This document shows, in pieces, positions 30,333-39,400 of a DNA stretch of 64,000 nt. A model generated the notes under the pieces. That model was given only the letters and a program-made list of their open reading frames with translations. It had not been told where the DNA came from and did no database searches. Source of the stretch: Vulcanimicrobiales bacterium (GTDB lineage Bacteria; Vulcanimicrobiota; Vulcanimicrobiia; Vulcanimicrobiales; Vulcanimicrobiaceae); assembly GCA_038231455.1 (NCBI GenBank), contig JBBRLI010000006.1, positions 1 to 64,000 of the forward strand, written 5' to 3'. The translations under genes were made by a program, and so were the position numbers. Numbering within the stretch: the stretch's first letter is position 1; every line of letters begins with the position of its first letter.

Positions 30333-31603
30333 TCGTGCGTCCCGCCGATCGCCGAGACGACGCGGACGCGGTCGCCGCTGTGCACCAGGTGTTCGCCGAG
30401 TGAGACGACCTGCGTGCCGGGTGCGAGGTCCGCGACGATCGCCTCGTCGCCTTCGGCGCGACGGACGATCACGCGCCGGCGCAGGACGCGCTGCGTTGCC
30501 GGATCGTAGACGAAGACGCCGGAACCGCTGGCGTCGGTCGAAATCGCGCCAAGCGGAATCACCGCACCGCCGGATCTCGACTCGCCGAGCGTGACCGCAA
30601 TGACGGCGCCGGGCCGAGCGCGCAGTGCGTGGACGCGGATGCGCACGTTCGCCGTGCGCGTCGTCGGATCGGCGGCCGGTTCGATGCGGAGCACGCTCCC
30701 GGCAACGTCGCCCGCAAGGTCGTGAATCCGCGCTCGCGTGCCCACGTGAACATTCGGCAGCGCGTTCTCGGGGACCGCGACAATGACGTCCGGCGCCGCC
30801 GCATCGGTCAGGGTAAAGGCCGCAGTCGCGGGTGAGGCTTCGCTGCCGGGTTCGATCGTACGCGTAAGGACAAAACTCGTCGCGGGCGCGACGATCGCCG
30901 TTTTTGCAAGCGATGATGCGGCGGCATCGACCGCGGCGCGCGCCCCCAGTTCCTCGGCGTGTGCGGTGGCGCGATCTTCGCGGCGCGCACCCTCATCGAC
31001 AAGCGATCGCTGCGCTTGGGCGGAGGCGGCTTGCGCTTGGGCAGCGACAAGCCGGCTCTGCGCATCGCGCTCGGCTGCGACGGTTTGATCGTGCGCTTGC
31101 GCCGCGATGTCGCCGTCGGCGAAAAGCACATCGGCGCGGCGTGCGTTAGAACTTGCCAGAGCCAGTGCCGCGCGCGCCTGATCGACGACCGCACGCGCCG
31201 TCGCAAGCGCGTCGCTTGCGCTGGCGCGTTCTTGCACGCGCGAACCGCCGTCGGTCTTCTGCGCTGTTGCTGCCGCACCGAGTAGACGCGCTTGAGCTGC
31301 GCGCAGTGCGATGGTTTGATCGTTCGCCTCCAGCGATGCAAGGACGGCGCCGCGCTCCACGCGATCGCCGACATCGTAGCCGACCGATCGCACGCGTCCG
31401 GCGATTTCGAATGCGACGTTGTAAGTGTGGGCGGCGATGACCGCGCCAGTCCCCGAGAAAGCGGCGCGCTGCGGCGGCTGCGCGGCGACCGCGATGTTGA
31501 CCGCTGTCCGTTCGGGCGGATTCGCTTGAGCCGTATGCGCGCAGCTGACAAGGCCAACGGCGGCAAGCGACAGGCCGCCGAGTTTGATGAGGGCTTCTTT
31601 CAT
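30329..31603 (-). CDS. RND efflux periplasmic adaptor (MFP), probable lipoprotein
   Basis: GGAGG SD; LVSC lipobox; VAFEIAGRV..VGDRV biotinyl-like half and coiled coil; ADPTTRT. Confidence 0.9.
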   Translation of the reverse strand: MKEALIKLGGLSLAAVGLVSCAHTAQANPPERTAVNIAVAAQPPQRAAFSGTGAVIAAHTYNVAFEIAGRVRSVGYDVGDRVERGAVLASLEANDQTIALRAAQARLLGAAATAQKTDGGSRVQERASASDALATARAVVDQARAALALASSNARRADVLFADGDIAAQAHDQTVAAERDAQSRLVAAQAQAASAQAQRSLVDEGARREDRATAHAEELGARAAVDAAASSLAKTAIVAPATSFVLTRTIEPGSEASPATAAFTLTDAAAPDVIVAVPENALPNVHVGTRARIHDLAGDVAGSVLRIEPAADPTTRTANVRIRVHALRARPGAVIAVTLGESRSGGAVIPLGAISTDASGSGVFVYDPATQRVLRRRVIVRRAEGDEAIVADLAPGTQVVSLGEHLVHSGDRVRVVSAIGGTHE

Positions 31604-31640
31604 AGAATGTTCCTCCAGATATATACGCTTACTGTTTTTG

Positions 31641-31653
31641 TGAACAACGTTCA
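31641..31653. promoter_or_regulatory. Palindromic operator TGAAC-N3-GTTCA upstream of the MFP/RND genes (probable TetR site)
   Basis: TGAACAACGTTCA, next to a minus-strand TTGACA at 31660-31665; second copy at 32328. Confidence 0.65.
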
Positions 31654-31680
31654 TCGGATTGTCAAAAAAAAGAGCGGCTC

Positions 31681-32283
31681 TCACGCGAGCATCCCGCGCA
31701 TCGTCATGTCGCACATCGCTTGCGCCATTTGCATCGGATCTTCAAGCGGCATATCGCCGACCGTGAAGTGCAAGCTGACGATGCCATGCATGGCGGCCCA
31801 CAAGAGTTGCGAGAGCATCTCCGCGCGGAGCCCCGGTTCGAGTCGGCCGGTGGCGATCATTTCCTCCACCGTGTGTGTGAGGAACGCGAACGGATCGGCC
31901 TGGGAACCCTCCGGGCAAATGACTTCGTGCGAGAGTTGCGGGGCGTCCATGAAGATGAGGCGGTACGTTTCGGGGTTCTCCATCCCAAAACGCACGTAGG
32001 CAAGACCGATCTGGACGACGCGCTCGACGGGGTCGGCGATCGCCGCCAGTGGCCGAAACGAGTTCACGAGCTGCTCGAACGCGTCTTGCATGAGTTCGAC
32101 GGCGATTTCGTCGCGACCGGGGAAGTGCAGGTAGATGGTCGCCGGCGAGTATTCGATTGCGTCGGCGACCCGTCGCATCGTGAGCCCTTCGAGGCCGTCC
32201 TCGAGCACGATCGCGCGGGCCGCCTCGAGAATCCGCTGACGGAGCTCGGCCTTCTGGCGTTCCTTGCGTTCGGTGATGCCCAT
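31681..32283 (-). CDS. TetR/AcrR family transcriptional regulator (WHG-type C-terminus)
   Basis: ILEAAR..GLEGLTMRRVADAIEYSPATIYLHF; WAAMHG. Confidence 0.93.
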   Translation of the reverse strand: MGITERKERQKAELRQRILEAARAIVLEDGLEGLTMRRVADAIEYSPATIYLHFPGRDEIAVELMQDAFEQLVNSFRPLAAIADPVERVVQIGLAYVRFGMENPETYRLIFMDAPQLSHEVICPEGSQADPFAFLTHTVEEMIATGRLEPGLRAEMLSQLLWAAMHGIVSLHFTVGDMPLEDPMQMAQAMCDMTMRGMLA

Positions 32284-32290
32284 GGGCGTC

Positions 32291-32319
32291 ACGATACCGC
32301 GCAAGAAGACAACTGTCAA
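32291..32319 (-). promoter_or_regulatory. Sigma70-type promoter of tetR (leaderless transcript)
   Basis: TTGACA-N17-TATCGT with ATG 7 nt downstream of the -10 and no SD. Confidence 0.65.
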
Positions 32320-32327
32320 TATGTTTA

Positions 32328-32340
32328 TGAACGGCGTTCA
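32328..32340. promoter_or_regulatory. Second TGAAC-N3-GTTCA operator, between tetR and the selenoprotein gene
   Basis: TGAACGGCGTTCA. Confidence 0.65.
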
Positions 32341-32385
32341 GTGAAAGCGCGAATCGCCCGAGCCCGAAGTCGGGTTTGCGTGGAT

Positions 32386-33156
32386 ATGAGTCTGGAACAC
32401 AATCCGCTCCGAACCGCGTGGGCCGCCTGGCTACCGGGCGCCCTAACGCAGCTCGAAGCTGAGTCGTATAAAGAGGCCCTCGTCGGCTTTCCGCGGCCGG
32501 ACCATCCGCCGTTGCCCTTCCTACAAGCGCCGTCGCCTGGGGAACGACGAATCGCCCTGATTACCTCGTCCGGCGCCTACGATACGCAAACCCAGGCGCC
32601 GTTTGTCGCGCGCTCGGCAGTCGGCGATATCAGCCATCGGGTTTTCCCGACGTCGCTTCCGGACGAGCGCCTCGGATTCGCGCACGGACACTACGACGAC
32701 GAACACGTCCTCGCCGATCGTGAAGTGCTGGTGCCGCGGCGGACCCTCGCAGCCGAAGGCGCGATCCTCACCGAGAATGTCATCTCGACGATGGGATACG
32801 CCATCGATTTTCCATCGTTTCTCGAAGCGACGATTCCGCAACTCATCTTGCAAGCGAAAAACGACGGCGCGAATTGCGCGCTGCTGGTCCCCGTTTGACC
32901 CATGTGTCACCAGACGGTCCGTCTGGTCGCCGACGCCTTCGAACAAGCGAACATCCCGACCGTTGTTGTCGGAACGATGCACGCGCCGCTCAAAGGATTA
33001 CCGCGCGTGCTCATCTCACGCTATGACCGCGGGCGCAATTTTGGGATGCCGAACGATACGAGCGAACATCACGCGCTCGTGCGCGAAGCGCTCTCGCTCT
33101 TCGATGTCACGGAGCCGACACTGATCGATCACAAGGAGCGCGCCGCGGCCCCGTAG
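32386..33156 (+). CDS. GrdB/PrdB-like (glycine/betaine/sarcosine/D-proline reductase B family) selenoprotein; in-frame TGA 32896-32898 = Sec171
   Basis: RIALITSSGAY..Q.PF...GD.SHR, HGHYD, then ALLVPV-TGA-PMCHQTV..ADAFEQANIPTV; the two ORF-track pieces are in one frame; UxxC motif; downstream hairpin. Confidence 0.85.
32909..32927 (+). other. Putative bacterial SECIS element
   Basis: ACCAGACG-GTC-CGTCTGGT perfect hairpin starting 10 nt after the UGA, with G/GU at the apical loop. Confidence 0.7.
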
Positions 33157-33175
33157 CCGCGACGCGCACGACCGC

Positions 33176-34054
33176 TTGCAACGACCCTCGCAAAATGCGG
33201 CGCTCGGCGCCGCCGCCGCGCTGTTCTACGTCTTCCTATGGGCCTCGGCGTACGTGCCGAGTAAAACCGGCGTCCTCAATTCATCGCCGCTGTGGTTTCT
33301 CGTCGTGCGCTTCGCCGTTTCCGGGGGCGTTTTTCTTGCCGTTGCCTTGGCGCTGGGCGGAAAGCTCCCGCGCTCCGGTCGTGACTGGATCGCGATCGTC
33401 GTGCTCGGCATCACGTCGAACGCGATCTACTTAGGCTGCACCTACGAGGCACTGCGTCACATGGCAGCCGGCATCGGAGCGATCGTTGCGAGTACGAATC
33501 CGCTGGTGCTGGCGTTTGTCGCGCCGTTTCTGTTGCGCGAACGTTTGACATGGATGAAGGTCGCGGGTCTCTTGATGGGATTCGGTGGCGTCGTTGCGAT
33601 CATGATCGTGCGTACCGGAACGGGGAGTGCCCAACCGCTCGATGTGTTGCTCGCGTTCGTCGGTGTCCTTGGGAGCGTGGCCGGAACGATCGTCTTCAAG
33701 AAATATTGTGGCGACTTCGATTTACGAATCGTGACGGCATTGCAGTTGCTCGTCGCGGGCGTTGCGCTGTTCCCGCTTGCCATTCTCACCGAAGGCGCAC
33801 CGCACATGATCTGGGGTCTGCCGATCGTCGAATCGTTCGTGTACGTCGTCGTCGTGATGTCGATCGGCGCATCGACGCTTTGGTTCTGGCTGCTCACGCA
33901 CGGTGAAGCCAGTCGCGTGAGCGCGTACTACTTCCTCACGCCGATTTTCGGTCTCTTTCTCGCGGCGATTCTCTTGCACGAACCGGTGACCGGGCGCGAC
34001 CTCTTCGGACTTGCGGGTATCGCGGTCGGAATCGCACTCGTGCAGCGCGGATGA
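33176..34054 (+). CDS. EamA/DMT family transporter
   Basis: 10 TM, two EamA repeats; LRERL, LHEPVT motifs. Confidence 0.9.
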   Translation: MQRPSQNAALGAAAALFYVFLWASAYVPSKTGVLNSSPLWFLVVRFAVSGGVFLAVALALGGKLPRSGRDWIAIVVLGITSNAIYLGCTYEALRHMAAGIGAIVASTNPLVLAFVAPFLLRERLTWMKVAGLLMGFGGVVAIMIVRTGTGSAQPLDVLLAFVGVLGSVAGTIVFKKYCGDFDLRIVTALQLLVAGVALFPLAILTEGAPHMIWGLPIVESFVYVVVVMSIGASTLWFWLLTHGEASRVSAYYFLTPIFGLFLAAILLHEPVTGRDLFGLAGIAVGIALVQRG

Positions 34055-35250
34055 CGATGCGCTGGCGGATGCTCGCGCTGATGACCGGCTCGCAAGTCGG
34101 CGGCGCGATCGTTCAACAGGGCCTCGGTTCGCTTGCGCCCGTTCTCCTCGTGACCTTCGCGCTCTCCAAAGCACAACTCGGCACGGTGTTCACCGCGCTC
34201 TCGATCGGTAGCGCACTCTTCACCACACTCGCGGGCGTCATCGTCGATCGCTACGGCGAACGCGTCGTCACGCTGTGGGGCGGCGTGCTGCTCGGCGCGA
34301 CGCTGCTTGCGGCATCGGCCGTCGCATCGTATCCGTGGCTCGTCGCGTGCATCTTTCTCTTCGGCATTTCGTACGCCGCGCAAACACCCGCCGGGGGACG
34401 TGCGGTGCTCGCGTGGTTCGATCGCGACCGTGGTCTTGCAATGTCGATTCGCCAAACCGGCGTGCCGCTCGGCGGTGCGATCGGCGGACTGATTCTGCCG
34501 TTTCTCGCGCTGCACTATAACTACCGCGTCGCACTTGCCGTCGGTGGCATCCTCGGCGCGGCCGCAGCGATCGTCGCCGCGCGCTACTACGTCGATCCGC
34601 CGCGGAAAGCGACAACCGTGCGCGGACTCGGTGATGTCCTGCGCGGCATGATGCGGCTGGTGCGCAGTCCGCGTACCATCCTCTTCACACTTGCGTGCAT
34701 GGTGCTCGTGAGCGGACAGACGATCATGAACGCGTTCTTCGCGATCACCGCCATCGCCGACGTGCACGTCAGTGCAGCGGTTGCGGCCGGCGCTTTTGCG
34801 TTCGCACAGATCTGCGCGGTCGCGGGCCGTGTCGTCTGGGGAAAACTGAGCGACACGCTGTACCGCGGCGATCGCGCGCTGCCGATCGCGACGATCGGCG
34901 CGATCCTTACCGTATGCGCCTGGACGATCGCGCACATCGCACCGGGCGCCGTGTTCGAACTCTTCATCGTCGGCGGATTACTCGGGTTTTCGGCATCGAG
35001 TTGGAACGGCGTCATGGCAACGGCGATGGCCGAGATCGGTGGCCCCGAGTACGCGGGCAGCGTGCTAGGCGTCGCCCTCACGTTTATCTTCGCGGCCGCG
35101 GGCGCCGCGCCGCTGATCTTCGGCTCGCTCGCCGACGCACATTCGCTACGCCTCGCGTGGATGGTCCTCGCGGCGGTCGCTGCGCTTGGAATCGTTCCCG
35201 CACTCGGTGCGGCGTTTCTCGCGCGACGCGAAGCAACGTTTGCACGCTAG
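34051..35250 (+). CDS. MFS transporter
   Basis: GVIVDRYGER, WFDRDRGLAMSIRQTGVPLGG. Confidence 0.9.
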   Translation: MTMRWRMLALMTGSQVGGAIVQQGLGSLAPVLLVTFALSKAQLGTVFTALSIGSALFTTLAGVIVDRYGERVVTLWGGVLLGATLLAASAVASYPWLVACIFLFGISYAAQTPAGGRAVLAWFDRDRGLAMSIRQTGVPLGGAIGGLILPFLALHYNYRVALAVGGILGAAAAIVAARYYVDPPRKATTVRGLGDVLRGMMRLVRSPRTILFTLACMVLVSGQTIMNAFFAITAIADVHVSAAVAAGAFAFAQICAVAGRVVWGKLSDTLYRGDRALPIATIGAILTVCAWTIAHIAPGAVFELFIVGGLLGFSASSWNGVMATAMAEIGGPEYAGSVLGVALTFIFAAAGAAPLIFGSLADAHSLRLAWMVLAAVAALGIVPALGAAFLARREATFAR

Positions 35251-35294
35251 CAAACAGGCCGCGCGCAGCGAAACGCCTAATCGGAGCCAGCCGT

Positions 35295-35381
35295 GCCCAG
35301 GTGGCGGAATTGGTAGACGCGCTAGTTTCAGGTATTAGTAGCCGCAAGGCTGTGGGGGTTCGAGTCCCTTCCTGGGCACCA
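35295..35381 (+). tRNA. tRNA-Leu (anticodon CAG)
   Basis: GCCCAGG/CCTGGGC acceptor stem, GGAATTGGTAGAC D-loop, anticodon loop TT-CAG-GT, long variable arm, GGTTCGAGTCC, encoded CCA. Confidence 0.95.
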
Positions 35382-35388
35382 AAAAATG

Positions 35389-35413
35389 AAAGACGCGAAA
35401 CGCGTCTTTTTTT
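35389..35413 (+). terminator. Intrinsic terminator after tRNA-Leu
   Basis: aaagacgcg-aaa-cgcgtcttt followed by T-run. Confidence 0.85.
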
Positions 35414-35592
35414 CTTGCTTGATGAGGTGAGAATACGTACAAGCGATCACTCTTCGGCTGGCTGGCCGCTGGTCGTCTCGGGCCCCAAGACGCTGCTCGA
35501 AGCCGGCCGCCTGTTCAAACGCCGGGTCGCTGATGGACGCCCGGTGATTTCCGCCACGGCGCGGCCACCCACTTGAACGCTACGATCGTGGC

Positions 35593-35853
35593 ATGCAACA
35601 GCTTTACGCCGATGGCTCGATCGCCTTTTCCGCCGATTCCTGGACTCATGAGGCCCGGACGGCGTGTTATTCGGTCGCCGATCTCCACGCCCGGACTGGC
35701 TGTTTGCTTCGCGTCGAGATGGCCGACGGCGATGTCTTTACCGGTATTTTCCGCACGGAGATCCTCAGCGCGCGATCGCTGAGCGTTTATATTGCGGGAC
35801 CGCGCAGCGCAACGCTCACGATCGATGAGATCGTCTCGATCGACTCGCTCTGA
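35593..35853 (+). CDS. Small hypothetical protein (86 aa), probably leaderless
   Basis: TACGAT 6 nt before ATG; coding-like composition; followed by hairpins. Confidence 0.55.
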   Translation: MQQLYADGSIAFSADSWTHEARTACYSVADLHARTGCLLRVEMADGDVFTGIFRTEILSARSLSVYIAGPRSATLTIDEIVSIDSL

Positions 35854-35917
35854 GGTAGAACGGGCCTTGCGGCCCGCTTCTGTGGTGAAAGACGGGACCC
35901 AAGCGGGGCCCGTTTCT

Positions 35918-36325
35918 TTATTTAACCGTGACCGTCGCGCGCATGAATGCGTGGTAGGCGCAGAAGTACGGGTACACTCCGGCCTTTGCGTAGGTCTTGC
36001 TCCAGGTCTGGCCCTTGGCCATGTAGCCTGAATCGTAGCTCTTGTCATCCGCCGTCACCGTGTGCGCCGACTCGTCGTCGTTGATGAACTGGATCGTGTC
36101 GCCGACCTTGACGACGGCGTCCTTGGGCGAATAGGCGAAGTCTTTCATATGGACGACGAGCGCTGGGGTCGGCTGCGGCGAGGGGCTCGCGGCCGGTGAG
36201 GCCGGCGCCGAGGGCATGCTCACCTGGGGCATGCTGGGGCTGGGGCCTGGTGCGGGCTGGGCGAGCGCGACCGAGGTCGTCAGGGCGAGGACTATCCAAA
36301 GCGGAGCGATCAAGCGAAATCCCAT
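35918..36325 (-). CDS. Exported cupredoxin (plastocyanin/amicyanin-like type-1 copper protein)
   Basis: Signal peptide, Pro-rich linker, VKVGDTIQF.N..AHTVT, YFCAYHAFM (Cys/His/Met ligands). Confidence 0.9.
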   Translation of the reverse strand: MGFRLIAPLWIVLALTTSVALAQPAPGPSPSMPQVSMPSAPASPAASPSPQPTPALVVHMKDFAYSPKDAVVKVGDTIQFINDDESAHTVTADDKSYDSGYMAKGQTWSKTYAKAGVYPYFCAYHAFMRATVTVK

Positions 36326-36493
36326 CGTAGTCTTGTGAACGAACAAATCGCTAACGGCATTTCATCTTGGCCGGATGCCGGTTAAGCGCCCCTTTGGACG
36401 CCGCGTGCGGTACGACAATCGTCGCGCAGGCCGAAAACATGGTTGACCGAAGCCTGTTGTGTTGAATGTGTCGCGTCGTGGAGTGGTGGTTTC

Positions 36494-39400
36494 GTGCTCG
36501 AATCGTTGGTGAAAGTTGCTCTTCCGGAACTCGGGGAGTCCGTCACCGAAGGCTCAATCGTCGAGTGGCGCAAGAAAGTCGGCCAGTGGGTCGCTGAAGG
36601 CGATACGATCGTCGATGTGACGACCGACAAAGTCGATGTCGAAGTGCCCGCGACGGTATCCGGTGTGATCACCGCGCTGTACGGCGGCGAAGGCGATACG
36701 GTTGCCGTCGGCGCGACGCTTGCCGAGATCGACACATCCGCGGCAAAACCGGAAGGCGGCCCCGAAGCCGCATCATCATCCGCTGCTGCGGCGCCTGCCG
36801 CAACAGGGACGAAGGCCCCCGCCGACGTCGTCACGCCATCATCGTATGGCGCGGCCGGCAGTGCCGCCACGCCGCCGACGATGACAAACGGCAACGGCAA
36901 AACCGGTGGCACCGCCTCCGCGCACGCGCGCCGTCTTGCCGAACGGTATCACGTCGACATCGCAAGCATTCGCGGAACCGGTCCCGATGGGTTGATCGTG
37001 CGCGAAGATGTCGAACACGCGATCGCGTCGGGTTCGGCCAAGCCTGCCTCAAACGGTGCGAGCGCTCCGGCGATCAACTTCCCCGCGCCGTCCGCGCAAG
37101 CAACGATCACGACGCTCAAAGGCCCGCAGGCCGTGCTTGCGACGTACATGGATCAGTCGCTCTCGATTCCCACCGCGACGTCGTTCCGGACGCTCTCGGT
37201 TGGTGCGCTCGAAGCGCGACGTGCCGAGCTCAACGGCGCGCTCAAAGCCGCCGGCAAATCGGACAAGATTTCGTTCACGCATCTCATTGCCTACGCACTC
37301 GTCGTCGCAGCAAACGAAGCACCCGCGATCACCGCGAGTTTCCGCCGCGACGGCGCGACCGTGCAGAAGATCGAAGCCGGCGTGCATCTTGGCATCGCCG
37401 TCGACATGACGCGTAAAGATGGTTCGCGATCGCTGGTCGTGCCCGTAATCAAAGGCGCAGCGTCGATGGATTTCGTCGCGTTCCGCGCGGCGTACGAAGC
37501 GCTGATTGTGAAAGCCCGCGATGGCAAACTGACCGCCGACGAACTTTCCGGCGCAACGTTCACGCTAACGAATCCCGGCGGCATCGGAACCATCGCCTCC
37601 GTGCCGCGTTTGATGGTCGGCCAAGGCGCGATCATCGCCGCTGGCGCGATCGCGTATCCGCCCGGCTTCGCGCACGCGCCCGATTCGACGTTAAAACAGC
37701 TCGGCATCGAAAAAGTCATGACCATGACCTCGACCTACGATCATCGCGTGATCCAAGGTGCGCAGTCGGGTGAATTCCTCAAACGCGTCGATGAGTTGCT
37801 CGCAGGCGCAAGTGAATTTTACGAAGGCGTCTTCCGCGCGTACGGTCTTGCCTCACCCCGTGTGATGGCGACCGCCGTAACGACGAACGCGCGTCCGACG
37901 AGTTCGGCGAATGCAGCGGCTCCGGCTGCCGCCGGAACGGCCGCATCCTCGCAAACGGCGGGCGCAACCTCGGAAGAGATGCTGCGCGCGATCGCCGCCG
38001 GGATGGCGATGGTCTCATCGTATCGCCGTCACGGCCACCTTGCCGCGACGCTCGATCCGCTTGGGAAAGAACCCGTCGGCGACCCATCGCTCGATCCACG
38101 CAATTACAGCCTCACGCCCGCGCTGATGAGTGCGATCCCCGCATCGGTGCTGCGCGTCAAAGTGCCCGGCGGCACGATGGCCGACGTCTTGCCGGCACTC
38201 CGCGAAACGTACAGCGGCACGATCGCCTACGAAGTCGAGCACATCTCCAATACGCAGCAGCGTGAATGGCTGCGCGAATATATCGAGAGCGGCATGCATC
38301 GTACGCCGCTCACCGCGCAGCGCAAAGTGCAAGTCCTCCAGCGTCTCACCAAAGTCGAGACGATGGAACGGTATTTCCGTAAACAGTTCATGTCGCAGAA
38401 GACGTTCTCGATCGAAGGCCTCGACGTGATGGTTCCGATGATCGAAGAGATGATTTCAATGCTTGCCGAAGACGGCACCAAAACGGCCGTTCTCGGCATG
38501 GCACATCGCGGACGCCTCTCGACGATCGCGCACGTCGTCAACCGGCCGTACGAAGAACTACTCGCCGAATTTGAGGCGGGCTCGATGAAGACGGCGCTTA
38601 GCGACGGCGATGAATCCGACGACGCAACCGGCGATGTGAAATACCATCACGGCGCCGATGGAATCTATGCAACGTCGATGGGCACGCAGATCGCGGTTAA
38701 ACTCGCGAACAACCCGAGTCACCTCGAGGCCGTCGACGGTGTCGTCGAAGGCATCACGCGTTCGCTGCAAACCGATCACGCGCAAAACATCGCGCGCATG
38801 GACTTCACGGCAGCAGCCCCCATCCTCATCCACGGCGACTCGGCCTTCCCGGGTCAAGGCGTGGTAAGCGAAGTCCTCAACCTGCAGGCCCTCGTCGGCT
38901 ATGCGACCGGCGGCACGATCCATATCATTTCGAACAATCAAGTCGGTTTCACGACCGATCCGAACGAGAGCCGCTCGACGCGTTATGCATCGGATCTTGC
39001 CAAAGGTTTCGACGTGCCGATCGTGCACGTCAACGCCGATGACGTCGATGCGTGCATCGCCGCGGTGCATTTCGCCATCGACTATCGCCGTAAATTCGGC
39101 CGCGATACCGTGATCGATCTGATCGGCTATCGCCGCTTCGGTCACAACGAACAAGACGAGCCGATGTACACTCAGCCGGGGATGTACGAGACGATCAAGG
39201 CGCATCCGACGGTGCGCGAACTTTTTGCCGCGAATCTCGTCGCGCAAGGCGTGCTCAGTGCCGATCAAGTGAGCGAACTGCAAGATGACGCGCAGGCGCG
39301 TATCGCCGAGGCGCACGCAAACGTCAAGAACGGCAACATCGCCAAGCTCATCGGCGCGGATAAAGTCAAGATCCACATCGATGAAAAGCCGGCTTCGACC

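Noticed and set aside
31641-32340. GAAC..GTTC palindromes as LexA SOS boxes
   Set aside because: The Gram-positive SOS box is GAAC-N4-GTTC; both sites here are N3 and flank a TetR gene.
32386-33156. Nonsense-mutated pseudogene, or two separate genes
   Set aside because: The TGA falls exactly at the family's catalytic U/C position in UxxC and is followed by a SECIS-like hairpin; both halves look intact.
35295-35381. tRNA with TTCAG in the anticodon loop near a selenoprotein gene: possible tRNA-Sec (UCA)
   Set aside because: Register of the 7-nt loop (TT-CAG-GT) gives anticodon CAG. The 7-bp acceptor stem, D-loop and discriminator A are typical of tRNA-Leu, not SelC.
35382-35917. Integrated element at the tRNA 3' end
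   Set aside because: No integrase, no duplicated tRNA 3' end and no obvious compositional shift; only a small ORF follows.
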